Assembly (NCBI GenBank): GCA_000961745.1
Contig: LAEA01000219.1
Span: 722 to 64,721 of the forward strand
Origin: Rhodospirillaceae bacterium BRH_c57
GTDB lineage: Bacteria > Pseudomonadota > Alphaproteobacteria > Rhodospirillales > Rhodospirillaceae
Direction of reading: 5' to 3'
DNA: 64,000 nucleotides
The notes beneath the pieces were generated by a model, which was given only the letters and a program-made list of their open reading frames with translations, did not search any database and was not told where the DNA came from. Both the position numbers and the translations under genes were made by a program. Of this stretch, positions 26,919 to 36,561 are shown one piece after another; position 1 is the stretch's first letter; each line of letters starts with the position of its first letter.

Positions 26919-28064
26919 TTATTCGGCCGCCTTCTTCTCGTCGGTGACCTGCCAGGACTTGTAGTAGTCCTCCCACTCCACGCCGGCCGGAAGGTCGGCC
27001 GGGTTGACCATGTCGCGGGTGTCGATCATCACGGCGACCTCGTCGGTCTCCTTGCGGCCGTAGTCCTGGGCGGTCTGGAACGCCTTGGGGTGCGGGCCGT
27101 GCGGGAAGCCGATGGGGTGGAAGGTGCTCATGCCCGGACGAATGTTGTCGCGCGAAAAGAACTGCCCCTTGTGGTAGAAAATGAACTCCTCGAAGTCCAC
27201 GTTGGAGTGGAAGTAGGGCAGCTTCAACGCGCCGGGGTCGGACTCGATCGGACGCGGGCAGAAGGTACACACGATCACGCGGTTGGACAGGAACGTGGCG
27301 TGGGCGCTCGGCGGCAGGTGGTAGCGGGCGCTCATCAGCGGACGAATATCGCGCCAGTTGAGCTTCACCGGCGCCAGATCGCCATGCCAGCCCACCGCAT
27401 CCAGCGGGTTGTAGGCATAGGTGACCGTGGACGTGCGATCCTGGCGCTTCATCACACAGGCGGTTTCAACGTCGGAGTACTGGGCCTTGAACGCGTCGTC
27501 GATGTGCGGAATGTCGAGTACGGCGGGGTCGAAGATCGCGTGCGTGCCGACAATCCCCTTGGCCGGCAGCTTGTAGCTGTCGCCGGTCGCCTCAATCATC
27601 AGCGCCATCACCGGGCTGTCGCACTCCAGGCGCCACTGCACGCCGCGCGGAATGACGATATAGTCGCCGTCGCGGAAGGTCATGTGGCCGAAGTCGCAGT
27701 AGAAGTGGCCCGACCCTTCGTGAATGAACATCACGTCGTCGCCGTCGCCGTTGCGGGCCAGGGCTTCCATCTTGCCCGACGTGCGCCACAGGCGAACCTT
27801 GGTGGCGGCGTTGAACAGGACCAACTGGGCGTCCCACGGGCTGGACGACACGGCCTCCAGCTTGTTCAGGTCAAAGGCGCGGGGGCGCAGGTCGCCTTCC
27901 CAACTCACCCAGCCGGTCGGCGGACGCTTGTGATGGATCTGGGAGGCCGGGCCGAAAAAGCCCTCGCGGCCCATTTCCTGCTCAAACGTACCCTCGGGCA
28001 GGTCGCAATGCGCCTGGCGCGTGGCGACACCTTCCACATGAGGAAACGAAATCCAGTTCTTCAT
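26919..28064 (-). CDS. hmgA: Homogentisate 1,2-dioxygenase (short type)
   Basis: GREGFFGP, RNGDGDD, PLDAVGWHGDL, YHLPPSAH, PYFHSNVDFEE, HPIGFPHGPHP and EVAVMIDT motifs. Confidence 0.93.
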   Translation of the reverse strand: MKNWISFPHVEGVATRQAHCDLPEGTFEQEMGREGFFGPASQIHHKRPPTGWVSWEGDLRPRAFDLNKLEAVSSSPWDAQLVLFNAATKVRLWRTSGKMEALARNGDGDDVMFIHEGSGHFYCDFGHMTFRDGDYIVIPRGVQWRLECDSPVMALMIEATGDSYKLPAKGIVGTHAIFDPAVLDIPHIDDAFKAQYSDVETACVMKRQDRTSTVTYAYNPLDAVGWHGDLAPVKLNWRDIRPLMSARYHLPPSAHATFLSNRVIVCTFCPRPIESDPGALKLPYFHSNVDFEEFIFYHKGQFFSRDNIRPGMSTFHPIGFPHGPHPKAFQTAQDYGRKETDEVAVMIDTRDMVNPADLPAGVEWEDYYKSWQVTDEKKAAE

Positions 28065-28134
28065 CCTCCCGACACTCCCTTTTGTGACTTTATGATGAGT
28101 GCCCTATGATGGGCACCCGGTACGACCCAATTTA

Positions 28135-28148
28135 GTTTCAGATGAAAC
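28135..28148. promoter_or_regulatory. Palindrome GTTTCA-GA-TGAAAC, probable operator of the divergent MarR regulator
   Basis: Perfect 6-bp inverted repeat in the hmgA/marR divergent gap; a second palindrome GTGCCC-N6-GGGCAC lies at 28099-28116. Confidence 0.6.
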
Positions 28149-28178
28149 CAATTCCAAGGGAAATTTTGCGGAAGGCCG

Positions 28179-28703
28179 ATGAACATGACAAAGAACAATG
28201 AAATCAAGGCCTCCGAGGACACCACCGGGCGGCCGATGCCGCTTCATCTGGACCTCTTCATCCCCTATCGCCTGTCGGTGCTGTCCAACATCGTCAGCCG
28301 GTCAGTGGCCCGACTCTATGCGCAGCGCTTCGACCTGACGATCCCGGAATGGCGGGTCATGGCCGTCATGGGCCTGGAGGAGGAGCGCGGCGGGTCAATG
28401 TGCGCCAACAGCGTCGTCACCCGCACCGCCATGGACAAGGTGCAGGTCAGCCGTGCCCTGTCGCGCATGATGCAAAGCGGCCTCATCAACCGCACCACGG
28501 ACCCCGACGACCGCCGCCGCTCGGTCCTGCGCCTGACCGAGAAGGGCCGGCGGACCTACGAGGAGATCGTCCCGGCCGCCATGAAGTACGAGGAGGAACT
28601 GCTGGAAAACCTGACCCTGGACGAACAGATCACCCTGGAACGCCTGATTACCAAGCTGACCAAGGCCGCCCGCGCCCATGATGTCAGCGGGGACGAGGCG
28701 TGA
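28179..28703 (+). CDS. MarR family transcriptional regulator (probable homogentisate pathway regulator)
   Basis: FIPYRLSVLSN..FDLTIPEWRVMA..TAMDKVQVSRA..DDRRRSVLRLTEKG. Confidence 0.9.
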   Translation: MNMTKNNEIKASEDTTGRPMPLHLDLFIPYRLSVLSNIVSRSVARLYAQRFDLTIPEWRVMAVMGLEEERGGSMCANSVVTRTAMDKVQVSRALSRMMQSGLINRTTDPDDRRRSVLRLTEKGRRTYEEIVPAAMKYEEELLENLTLDEQITLERLITKLTKAARAHDVSGDEA

Positions 28704-29503
28704 GTGAGCCAGAGGATCCCCCGCGCCCGATCTTTGAGTACCGCCAGCGGGACCGCCGCCACTGGCAGGTCCTCGAACGCCTGTTCACCGAGCGGAACTA
28801 TGGCCCGCGCGAGGTTCTGACCAATTTTCCGGCCTATGTCCGGCGCCGCGACCTGCCCCGCTTCCTGGCCCACTACGAACTGTTCAAGCTGGTTATGGAT
28901 CTGCCGGGCTCCATTCTCGACCTCGGGGTGTTCCGGGGCGCCAGTCTGTTCACCTGGGCCAAGCTGTTGGAAACGTTCTGCCCGGCCGACCGCACCCGCA
29001 AGGTCTATGGCTTCGACCATTTCCGGGGCCTCGACGCGTTCACCGACGAAGATGGCGGCAAGGTCGATCGCACCGGCCCGAGCGGCCCGGACGCCGTGCG
29101 GTGGCAGGCCGATGCCGAACACGCCCGCGCCCTGGTGGACCTGCACAATGATGACGGCATGATCGCCGGGGTCGAACGCGTGCGCCTGATCGAGGGCGAC
29201 GTGCTGACCACCCTGCCCCGCTTCATCGCCGACACGCCGGGCCTGCGGGTGTGCCTGCTGCACCTCGACATGGACGTTCATGCCCCGACCAAGGCCGCAC
29301 TCGAACACGCCTGGCCCCTGGTGGCCGCGGGCGGCGTGGTGGTGATCGACGAATACGGCCTGCCACCATGGGAAGGTGAAACACGGGCCGTAGACGACTT
29401 CCTCGCCGCCCTACCCGGCCCGACGCCAGTGGTGCGGAAATTCCCGTTCTCGGCCATGCCGGGGGGCTATGTGGTCAAGAGCGGATGCGGGGAGGCGAAA
29501 TAG
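28700..29503 (+). CDS. TylF/MycF-like class I SAM-dependent O-methyltransferase
   Basis: PGSILDLGVFRGAS, YGFDHFRG, LLHLDMDVHAPT and GGVVVIDEY motifs; GTGA overlap with marR. Confidence 0.82.
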   Translation: MSEPEDPPRPIFEYRQRDRRHWQVLERLFTERNYGPREVLTNFPAYVRRRDLPRFLAHYELFKLVMDLPGSILDLGVFRGASLFTWAKLLETFCPADRTRKVYGFDHFRGLDAFTDEDGGKVDRTGPSGPDAVRWQADAEHARALVDLHNDDGMIAGVERVRLIEGDVLTTLPRFIADTPGLRVCLLHLDMDVHAPTKAALEHAWPLVAAGGVVVIDEYGLPPWEGETRAVDDFLAALPGPTPVVRKFPFSAMPGGYVVKSGCGEAK

Positions 29504-29699
29504 CCACTACTTAATAAGTTGACTTTATCTATTTTCTCGACTTGACGGCAGAAATTAACAGCAACCGAACTGGATTGAACTTGCTATTAATGAGTTTAAA
29601 CATTATTATAAAAATAAAATACATCAAGAGTGTGCAGATAAATATTAAATGATTATGCCGTGAATAATTATCACGCATAGGAGTTGATTGAGATGAAGA

Positions 29700-29708
29700 C
29701 CCCCCCCC
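29700..29708 (+). repeat. C9 homopolymer between the RBS-linked ATG (29693) and the kinase reading frame
   Basis: AGGAG(29679-83)-N9-ATG AAG A-C9-TTG CTA CAC GCC GTT. Confidence 0.85.
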
Positions 29709-32700
29709 TTGCTACACGCCGTTGTGGGAATTGGGGCTTCGGCCGGTGGGGTCGAAGCCCTACGTATTTTCTTTGCGGCTACTCCTCCAAAGTCAGGGCT
29801 ATCCTTCATCATATACTTGCACTTCCCCCCCCATGGCACCAGCCACCTGGTGGACATTTTGACCCCCCACGCGTCCCTCCCGGTGACCTTGGCCGTGAAT
29901 GGCGACGTCATTCAGGCTGACCATGTTTATGTTGTGCCTCCCGGCATGATAGCAACGATTAAGGGCGACGCCATTGCCCTGGAAAAAAGCAATGACAATC
30001 GCAAACCAATCGACGTGCTCTTCGTCTCGATGGCCAAGGAGCTTGGCAAACGCGCCATAGGAGTGGTGCTGTCGGGGATGGGCGACGACGGCGCGCGGGG
30101 GATAGAGGCGATTTCACGCAGAGGCGGGTTCACCATGGCCCAAGCCAACAGCGATGAGAGCAGCATTCATCAGGGTATGCCCACCAGCGCAATTGCCACC
30201 GGGCTTGTCGATGAGGTGTTGCCGATACCCGACATGCCTGCCCAACTTGAAGCTTATGCCAATGACCTTGCGACGGGCTTGGACCGTCACCAGAACGAGG
30301 CCTCTCCTCATCAGCTTCGGGGGGTCAAGGACGATCTGTGCGAACTGTTGCAAGCCGCTACGCGCAACGACTTCAGCCGCTACAAGGCTTCGACCTTCCT
30401 GCGGCGGGTGGGACGCCGTATGCAGTTCCTGAATCTGACGGATTGGAACGCCTATGTGGAGCACGCCCGCAGCAACCCCGATGAAGTCCTTGCCCTGTTC
30501 GGCGATCTGCTGATCGGCGTGACGGCCTTTTTCCGCGATGAGGAGGCCTTCAAGCTTCTTGAAAACACCATCATTCCTCGGTCGTTCATGGACAAGAAGC
30601 CGGACGAGACAGTTCGGGTCTGGATTCCGGGATGCGCAAGCGGCGAGGAAGCGTATTCCCTTGCCATCTTGCTTCTGGAACACGCTCACACTCTTGAATA
30701 CCCCCCGCAACTCCAGCTTTTTGCCACTGATGTGGATGAAGACGCTCTGCGGATCGCCCGCCTGGGCCGTTATCCCGAATCGGCCATGGCAAGCATCCAC
30801 CCGGACAGGATAAAGCGCTTCTTCACCCGCGACGGAGAGATGTTCGTTGCCAGCAAGGAGCTTCGCTCCATCTGCACGTTTGCCGTCCACAGCGTCATCC
30901 GCGATCCGCCGCTGTGTTCCATCGATCTGATTTCCTGCCGCAATGTCCTGATCTACTTTGACCGGCACCTTCAGGATCAGGTCGTGCCGACGTTTCATTT
31001 TGCGTTGCGCCCCGGCGGCATTCTCTTCCTTGGCCCGTCGGAGAACATCGGACGGCACTCCGACTTGTTTCATGCCCTGGACAATGCGCACCGGATATTC
31101 GAACGGATCGGTACAGCGCGCCGCTCGCTTCCGTTTCTGCCGCCATCGAAGGGCAAGGATTCCCGCCGCGATGACTTGGCCGGGAAGAGGAAGCTGGTCC
31201 CCGACCGCACCATCGCCCAATCGGCGGACGCTCAGATTTTACGAAGGTTCGGACCGGCCAATGTCGTTGTGAACGGGCGCGGCGACATCGTTCACTTCTC
31301 GTACCGAACCGGCACCTATCTGGAGCCCATCCACGGCAGTCCCAACCAGAACCTTCTCGCCATGGCCCGCAAGGGCTTGCGGATCAGCCTGCGCAGCGCC
31401 CTGCACGAGGCCCAGAAAACCGGCCAAGCTGCCGTCCGCGACAATATTCCGGTCAGACTGCATGCCGGGGTGGTGCAGAAGGTGCGTGTGGCCGTGGATC
31501 CCCTGGAGCACGAAGGCAGCGGCCCGCTCTGGCTGGTGACCTTCACGGATATCGGCGACATCGCGCTGGTGCCCGACATCGTTCCCACTGATGCCGGATC
31601 GGCCGGGGCCGACATGGCAATCCAGCAACTGGAGCAAGAGCTTCAGGATACACGGGAGACCCTGCAATCGGCCATTGATGAGTATGAAATCGCCATCGAG
31701 GAACTCCGCTCCTCCAACGAAGAACTGATGTCGATGAATGACGACCTCCAGGCGTCCAACGAGGAAATCGAGGCGTCCAAGGAGGAACTGCACGTCGTCA
31801 ATGATGAACTGGGCACGGTCAACCAGGACCTGAACGCCAAGATATCCGAACTGAAGCTGGCCAATGCCGACATCCGCAACCTGCTCGACGCGTCCCGGAT
31901 CGCCGTGGTTTTCCTGGATCGCAATCTCGTCATCCGCAGCTTCACCCGCGCAGTGACCGAGATGTTCCGATTGGTCCCCATGGATTGCGGGCGGTTGCTG
32001 ACCGACATCGTCAGCTATCTTGACTACGACACTTTGGATGCCGATATCGCCACTGCGGTGAAAACCCGCGAGGCGGTGGAACGGGCGGTCCTGCGCCGGG
32101 ACGGCAGTGCCCATTACCTGCTGCGCATCGTTCCGTACATGACGTTGGAAGGCGATGTGAACGGAACGTTGGTCATCCTGGTCAACGTCAGCGCCGCTGT
32201 CGAGGCCCAGGCTCAGGCCCAGTATTCCCGGTTGTTGATCTCCGAGATGAACCATCGGGTAAAAAACATCCTGGCGGTGGCGTCGTCGCTGGCGATGCAG
32301 ACTTTGCGCAGCACCACCGGCACGGACGAATTCGCCTCCGTGTTCGAGGGTCGGCTTGCGGCACTTTCCAAGGCCCATGACCTGCTGACGATCGAGAATT
32401 GGGCGCAGGTGCCGCTCAGGGACCTGATCGTCTCAGCGATGGGGTTGCAGAAAGGGAACCATGAACGGGCGATGATCGACGGGCCGCCGGTCCGCCTCGC
32501 CGCCAAGGCCGCCACAACCATCAGTCTTGTCATCCACGAACTCTGCACCAATGCCACCAAGTACGGCGCTTTTTCCAATGACACCGGCCGCATCGACATC
32601 AAGTGGGCACAGGAAATGCGGCCCGACGGGACTTTCCTGGTCATCCGCTGGCGCGAAAACGGCGGCCCTCTGGTCAAGCCCCCCACCCGCAAGGGGTTTG

Positions 32701-32867
32701 GATCGGAACTGATTCTGCGCGGCATCAAGTACGAACTGCGGGGCACATCGACCATCGACTACCGCCCCGCCGGGGTCGAAGTCCAGATTTCCATCCCGCT
32801 GGACGGAGCGGGTCCTTCCTCTCCCGATTCAGCAGCACAGGGGTTTTTGCATGGCACAACCAACTGA
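29709..32867 (+). CDS. CheB methylesterase-CheR methyltransferase-PAS-HWE histidine kinase hybrid; 5' end possibly frameshifted
   Basis: GIGASAGG and GVVLSGMGDDG (CheB); IGVTAFFRD, WIPGCASGEEAYS, SCRNVLIY (CheR); EELRSSNEEL coiled coil; EMNHRVKN, ELCTNATKYGA, WRENGGP, GFGS (HWE kinase). Confidence 0.9.
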   Translation: MLHAVVGIGASAGGVEALRIFFAATPPKSGLSFIIYLHFPPHGTSHLVDILTPHASLPVTLAVNGDVIQADHVYVVPPGMIATIKGDAIALEKSNDNRKPIDVLFVSMAKELGKRAIGVVLSGMGDDGARGIEAISRRGGFTMAQANSDESSIHQGMPTSAIATGLVDEVLPIPDMPAQLEAYANDLATGLDRHQNEASPHQLRGVKDDLCELLQAATRNDFSRYKASTFLRRVGRRMQFLNLTDWNAYVEHARSNPDEVLALFGDLLIGVTAFFRDEEAFKLLENTIIPRSFMDKKPDETVRVWIPGCASGEEAYSLAILLLEHAHTLEYPPQLQLFATDVDEDALRIARLGRYPESAMASIHPDRIKRFFTRDGEMFVASKELRSICTFAVHSVIRDPPLCSIDLISCRNVLIYFDRHLQDQVVPTFHFALRPGGILFLGPSENIGRHSDLFHALDNAHRIFERIGTARRSLPFLPPSKGKDSRRDDLAGKRKLVPDRTIAQSADAQILRRFGPANVVVNGRGDIVHFSYRTGTYLEPIHGSPNQNLLAMARKGLRISLRSALHEAQKTGQAAVRDNIPVRLHAGVVQKVRVAVDPLEHEGSGPLWLVTFTDIGDIALVPDIVPTDAGSAGADMAIQQLEQELQDTRETLQSAIDEYEIAIEELRSSNEELMSMNDDLQASNEEIEASKEELHVVNDELGTVNQDLNAKISELKLANADIRNLLDASRIAVVFLDRNLVIRSFTRAVTEMFRLVPMDCGRLLTDIVSYLDYDTLDADIATAVKTREAVERAVLRRDGSAHYLLRIVPYMTLEGDVNGTLVILVNVSAAVEAQAQAQYSRLLISEMNHRVKNILAVASSLAMQTLRSTTGTDEFASVFEGRLAALSKAHDLLTIENWAQVPLRDLIVSAMGLQKGNHERAMIDGPPVRLAAKAATTISLVIHELCTNATKYGAFSNDTGRIDIKWAQEMRPDGTFLVIRWRENGGPLVKPPTRKGFGSELILRGIKYELRGTSTIDYRPAGVEVQISIPLDGAGPSSPDSAAQGFLHGTTN

Positions 32868-33210
32868 GGCCACCCTGATGGTGGTTGAGGACGAGTACCT
32901 CATCGCCGCCGGCCTCGAGATGGCTCTCCAGGACGCTGGGTTTACTGTCCTGGAGCCACTCTCCAGCCTCGAGGAGGCCCTGGCCGCCGTTGCCCACCAG
33001 ATCGCTGATCTTGCACTGCTGGACGTCAACCTCGCCGGCCATCGCGTCTATCCAGTGGCTGACGCTTTGGCGGCCCGCAAGGTGCCGTTTATATTTCTAA
33101 GCGGTTGCACCGAAGGCAATCTACCTCCCAGGTTTGCGGGCATTCCGATTTTGATGAAACCTTTCCAGATGAAAAAATTGCTTCAAAGCATCAGACTGGC
33201 ATTAAAATAA
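32851..33210 (+). CDS. Single-domain response regulator (REC)
   Basis: VVEDEYLIA, ALLDVNLAG, FLSG and MKPF motifs; overlaps the kinase stop. Confidence 0.9.
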   Translation: MAQPTEATLMVVEDEYLIAAGLEMALQDAGFTVLEPLSSLEEALAAVAHQIADLALLDVNLAGHRVYPVADALAARKVPFIFLSGCTEGNLPPRFAGIPILMKPFQMKKLLQSIRLALK

Positions 33211-33263
33211 CGGAATCGCCCCGCCTCCTAAAGGAAACGGGGCATCCCTCTGCTTTCAGGCGA

Positions 33264-33602
33264 TCAGAGAATCGGATCGCCCAGCGGATGGCGGCCTTCA
33301 CGGTCCTCGATTTCAACCACCCACAGGTCCATGTCGATATCGCGCTGACGTTCGATATAGCGGTCGGCGTCAGGTTCGGGGACCGGCTCCGGCCCGGTGG
33401 CGCGCATCCAGGCGCGGCGGCCGTCGCCGGTGCGGACCTGGGTCAAGACCGTGGCGCCGACGCCCGGCTGGTAGAGCTTGACCAGGACGGCACCGGCGTC
33501 TTCGTCGCCGCGATGGGCGATAACGGCGAAGGCCCCCTGCCCGTTGACCTGACGGACCAGGGCCTGCACCCAGATTTTGGTCTTGATATTTGTTTCGCTC
33601 AC
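33264..33602 (-). CDS. DUF1491 family protein
   Basis: IKTKIWVQALVR, HRGDEDAGAVLVK and DMDLWVVEIEDREGRH motifs; GTG start inferred. Confidence 0.85.
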   Translation of the reverse strand: MSETNIKTKIWVQALVRQVNGQGAFAVIAHRGDEDAGAVLVKLYQPGVGATVLTQVRTGDGRRAWMRATGPEPVPEPDADRYIERQRDIDMDLWVVEIEDREGRHPLGDPIL

Positions 33603-33654
33603 ATCAAGATCGCCGCTAAGGCCGCTGTTGGCCGACATGGAAGGAAAAACAATC

Positions 33655-34266
33655 GTGATACTCTACGGCCGCACCCTGTCGCCCTTCGTCCGCCGCGTCG
33701 GCACGTCGCTGAACGTCCTCGGCCTGCCGTTCCATCACGAGGCGCTGTCCGTGGTCAACCACGCCGACCAGATCCGCGAGATCAACCCGCTGGTGCGCGT
33801 TCCCGCCGTGGACCTGGACGACGGCACGCGCCTGATCGAAAGCTGGGCCATCCTCGATGCCCTGGACGAGATGGTCGGCCCGGAAAAGGCGTTGGTTCCG
33901 CCATCAGGTGCGGCCCGCCGTGACGTGCTGCAACTGGTGTCGTTCGCCGTCGGGGCGTGCGAAAAAACCGTCTCAGCGTACTATGAACGCACCCGTCGGC
34001 CGCAGGAGTTCTTCTATCAGGCGTGGGCCGAACAGTGCGAGACGCAGGTGCGCGGCGCCTTCAGCCTGCTCGACGCGCGGGCCGAGGGGCGCGCCTTCCT
34101 GGCCGGCGACCGCCTGACCCAGGCCGACATCACCGCCGTCTGCGCCTTCGACTTCGCGGCCACCGTGCTGCCCGACCAACTGACTCCGGCGGCATCCTGG
34201 CCCAATCTGGCGGCGTTGAGCGCGCGGTGCAATGCGACACCGGCTTTTGCGTCCACCAAGCCTTAG
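33655..34266 (+). CDS. Glutathione S-transferase family protein
   Basis: LSPFVRRV, INPLVRVP, LIESWAILD and GDRLTQADI motifs; GTG start after AAGGA. Confidence 0.9.
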   Translation: MILYGRTLSPFVRRVGTSLNVLGLPFHHEALSVVNHADQIREINPLVRVPAVDLDDGTRLIESWAILDALDEMVGPEKALVPPSGAARRDVLQLVSFAVGACEKTVSAYYERTRRPQEFFYQAWAEQCETQVRGAFSLLDARAEGRAFLAGDRLTQADITAVCAFDFAATVLPDQLTPAASWPNLAALSARCNATPAFASTKP

Positions 34267-34271
34267 GAAAA

Positions 34272-34399
34272 TTCCGCTGGCGCGGATGGGCTATCGCCCG
34301 GACCCATCTGGAGCAAAGCTCCAGACCTCCTTGTTTTTCTTAAAGAAACAAAAAGGGGTTCGGGGGCCTGCCCCCGAGCGGGCGTGGGCGGCAGCCCAC
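34272..34399 (+). repeat. Class-II palindromic element, copy 3
   Basis: Same blocks as 11152-11280; lies between convergent GST and parvulin genes. Confidence 0.9.
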
Positions 34400-34444
34400 C
34401 TTCTTAGGTCACGGGGGCGCCGATAAAAGCGCCCCCGTAATGCT

Positions 34445-34765
34445 CTACTCAGTGCGCAGGATCAGGTGATACCCGAACGGGGTTTCCACAATGCCGGACA
34501 TTTCGCCGACTTCCAGGGCGAAGGCGGCCTGATCGAACGAGGCCACCATCATGCCCGGCCGGAACTGGCCCAGATCACCACCCTCGGCGCCCGAGGGGCA
34601 ATCCGAGGCTTCCTTGGCAAGATCGCCGAATGCGGCGCCGCCAGCGATCTTGTCGCGCAGGGCCTCGATCTCGGTCAGTGCCTCGTCCTTGGAACGGTCG
34701 GCGGTGGAACGCATGGAGCCAGCGTACATCAGCAGGATGTGCGCGGCGCGGATGGACGAAGCCAT
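34445..34765 (-). CDS. Parvulin-type peptidyl-prolyl cis-trans isomerase
   Basis: IRAAHILL, SDCPSGAEGGDLG and VETPFGYHLI motifs. Confidence 0.92.
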   Translation of the reverse strand: MASSIRAAHILLMYAGSMRSTADRSKDEALTEIEALRDKIAGGAAFGDLAKEASDCPSGAEGGDLGQFRPGMMVASFDQAAFALEVGEMSGIVETPFGYHLILRTE

Positions 34766-34930
34766 ATGGGGTCTCCCGTGGATTGAGTGTCAGGCCGGTA
34801 TGGGCCATCGGCCGTGCACGGGCAAGCAAAAAACAGGCACAAAAACGGACGCGGCGGCCTCTCCCCCAAGTGACCGCCGCGCCTTCTTTCGCCAACCGTG
34901 ACGGTAAGGCGGAAGAAACCTGTCTCGCTG

Positions 34931-35221
34931 TCAGCCGAACTTGTACAGAATGCCGTAGCCACCGCGCGGATAGGACCAGTCGATGTTGGACATGTCCTGG
35001 CAGATGATGCGGCAGGTGCCGCATTCCAGGCAGCCGTCAAAACTGGTCGTCACGCTGCCGCCATCCTCGGCCAAGTAGCAGGCTGCCGGACAGGCCGTGG
35101 TGCAGGGCTTGTCGGAGCACTCCCGGCACAAGGCGGGGTTTTTGATCGCGATATGCGGCTTTCCCTCGTCCACCCGGTAGCGGTTCTGGAACAGCTTGTC
35201 TTCGACCTTGATCATGTTCAT
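34931..35221 (-). CDS. fixX: Ferredoxin-like protein FixX
   Basis: KVEDKLFQNRYRVD, CPAACY, DGCLECGTCRIIC and WSYPRGGYGILYKFG motifs. Confidence 0.96.
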   Translation of the reverse strand: MNMIKVEDKLFQNRYRVDEGKPHIAIKNPALCRECSDKPCTTACPAACYLAEDGGSVTTSFDGCLECGTCRIICQDMSNIDWSYPRGGYGILYKFG

Positions 35222-35239
35222 ATCCCTGTCCCTCAGAGG

Positions 35240-36541
35240 TTACCGCCAGGCCCGCGCCATCTTCCAGGCATCCCCGAGCAGGCCGCGAATGCCGCGTCCC
35301 TTGGTGAAGGCCTGGACCATCTCCTTTTCCTTGGTGATCTTGTCGATGCCGTCAACCCGGAACCACAGGGCGGCGGCTTTGGACAGGATGCCGGGATAGG
35401 TCGAGAAGAACTGAGGATTCTCGTGAAGAACCTCCGGCAGGTCCTTGTACTTCTTGAGGTCCTTGATGACAAAGGTATCGTTCAGGCGGGCCCGGTACAT
35501 GGCGAGGTTGGCGTCGGACAGGGGCTGCCCGGCCTTCTTGAGGTCGATGATCGTCTCGGCCGCGATGCGCCCTGTTGTCAGGGCCATGTTGGACCCTTCG
35601 CGGTGCAGAGCGTTGACGAACTGACCGGCATCGCCGCAGATCATCCAGCCGTCGCCCCAGATCTTGGGAATGGCCTTGTAGCCGCCTTCGGGAATGAGGT
35701 GGGCGGCGTATTCCTTGACCTCGGACCCTTCGAGCAGCGGCTTGACCGAGGGGTGGTTCTTGAACTTTTCCAGCAGGCTGTACGGGGTCTGGCCGGTCTT
35801 CTTGAAGTCCGATACCAGACAGCCGATGCCGACCGCCAGGCTGTCCTTGTTGGTGTAGATGAAGGCCGTGCCGACCATGCCGCCGGTCACCGTGCCGGCA
35901 ACCTCGATCACCACGCCCTCTTCGTCCTTGAGGTTGAAGCGGGCGTCGATGACGTCCTTGGGCAGGAAGTGCATTTCCTTGACCGCCAGGGCGACGTGCT
36001 CGGGCTTCAGCTCGGCATGGAACCCGGCGCGCTGGGCCAGCAGGCTGTTGACGCCGTCGCACAGCACCACCACGTCGGCGAAGATGTCGCCTTCCTCGCG
36101 GTCGGTGCGCACACCAATGACGCGGCCCTTGTCATCCTTGAGCAGGTCGGTAACCGTGGTCTCGCAGATGACCAGGGCGCCGGCCTCCTTGACCTTCTTG
36201 GAGAACCACTTGTCGTACTGGGCGCGGATGATGGTATAGCGGTTCGGCTTCTCTTCGTTGAAGTCCTCGGACCGATAGTGCGTGCCCATGTAGGAGCGGT
36301 CGTCGAGCATCCACAGACGCTGTTCGATGATGTGGCGCTCCAGCGGGCAGTCGTCGCGGAAGTCGGGAATAATCTTCTCGACCGCGTCGGCGTACAGGAT
36401 GGCACCCTGCACGTTCTTGGAGCCGGCGTACTCGCCGCGCTCGATTTGCAGGACGCTCAGGCCGCCCTTGGCCAGCGTGTAGGCGGCGGCGTTCCCCGAA
36501 GGGCCGGCCCCGACCACGATTGCGTCGAATTTCTCGGCCAT
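35240..36541 (-). CDS. fixC: FAD-dependent oxidoreductase FixC
   Basis: [40 protein letters not shown] and HREGSNMA motifs. Confidence 0.96.
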   Translation of the reverse strand: MAEKFDAIVVGAGPSGNAAAYTLAKGGLSVLQIERGEYAGSKNVQGAILYADAVEKIIPDFRDDCPLERHIIEQRLWMLDDRSYMGTHYRSEDFNEEKPNRYTIIRAQYDKWFSKKVKEAGALVICETTVTDLLKDDKGRVIGVRTDREEGDIFADVVVLCDGVNSLLAQRAGFHAELKPEHVALAVKEMHFLPKDVIDARFNLKDEEGVVIEVAGTVTGGMVGTAFIYTNKDSLAVGIGCLVSDFKKTGQTPYSLLEKFKNHPSVKPLLEGSEVKEYAAHLIPEGGYKAIPKIWGDGWMICGDAGQFVNALHREGSNMALTTGRIAAETIIDLKKAGQPLSDANLAMYRARLNDTFVIKDLKKYKDLPEVLHENPQFFSTYPGILSKAAALWFRVDGIDKITKEKEMVQAFTKGRGIRGLLGDAWKMARAWR

Positions 36542-36561
36542 GGTGTGGTCCTCCTAGTGGG

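Noticed and set aside
29570-29586. TGGATTGAACTTGCT as a sigma54 promoter for the kinase island
   Set aside because: GG-to-GC spacing is 9 nt, not the required 10.
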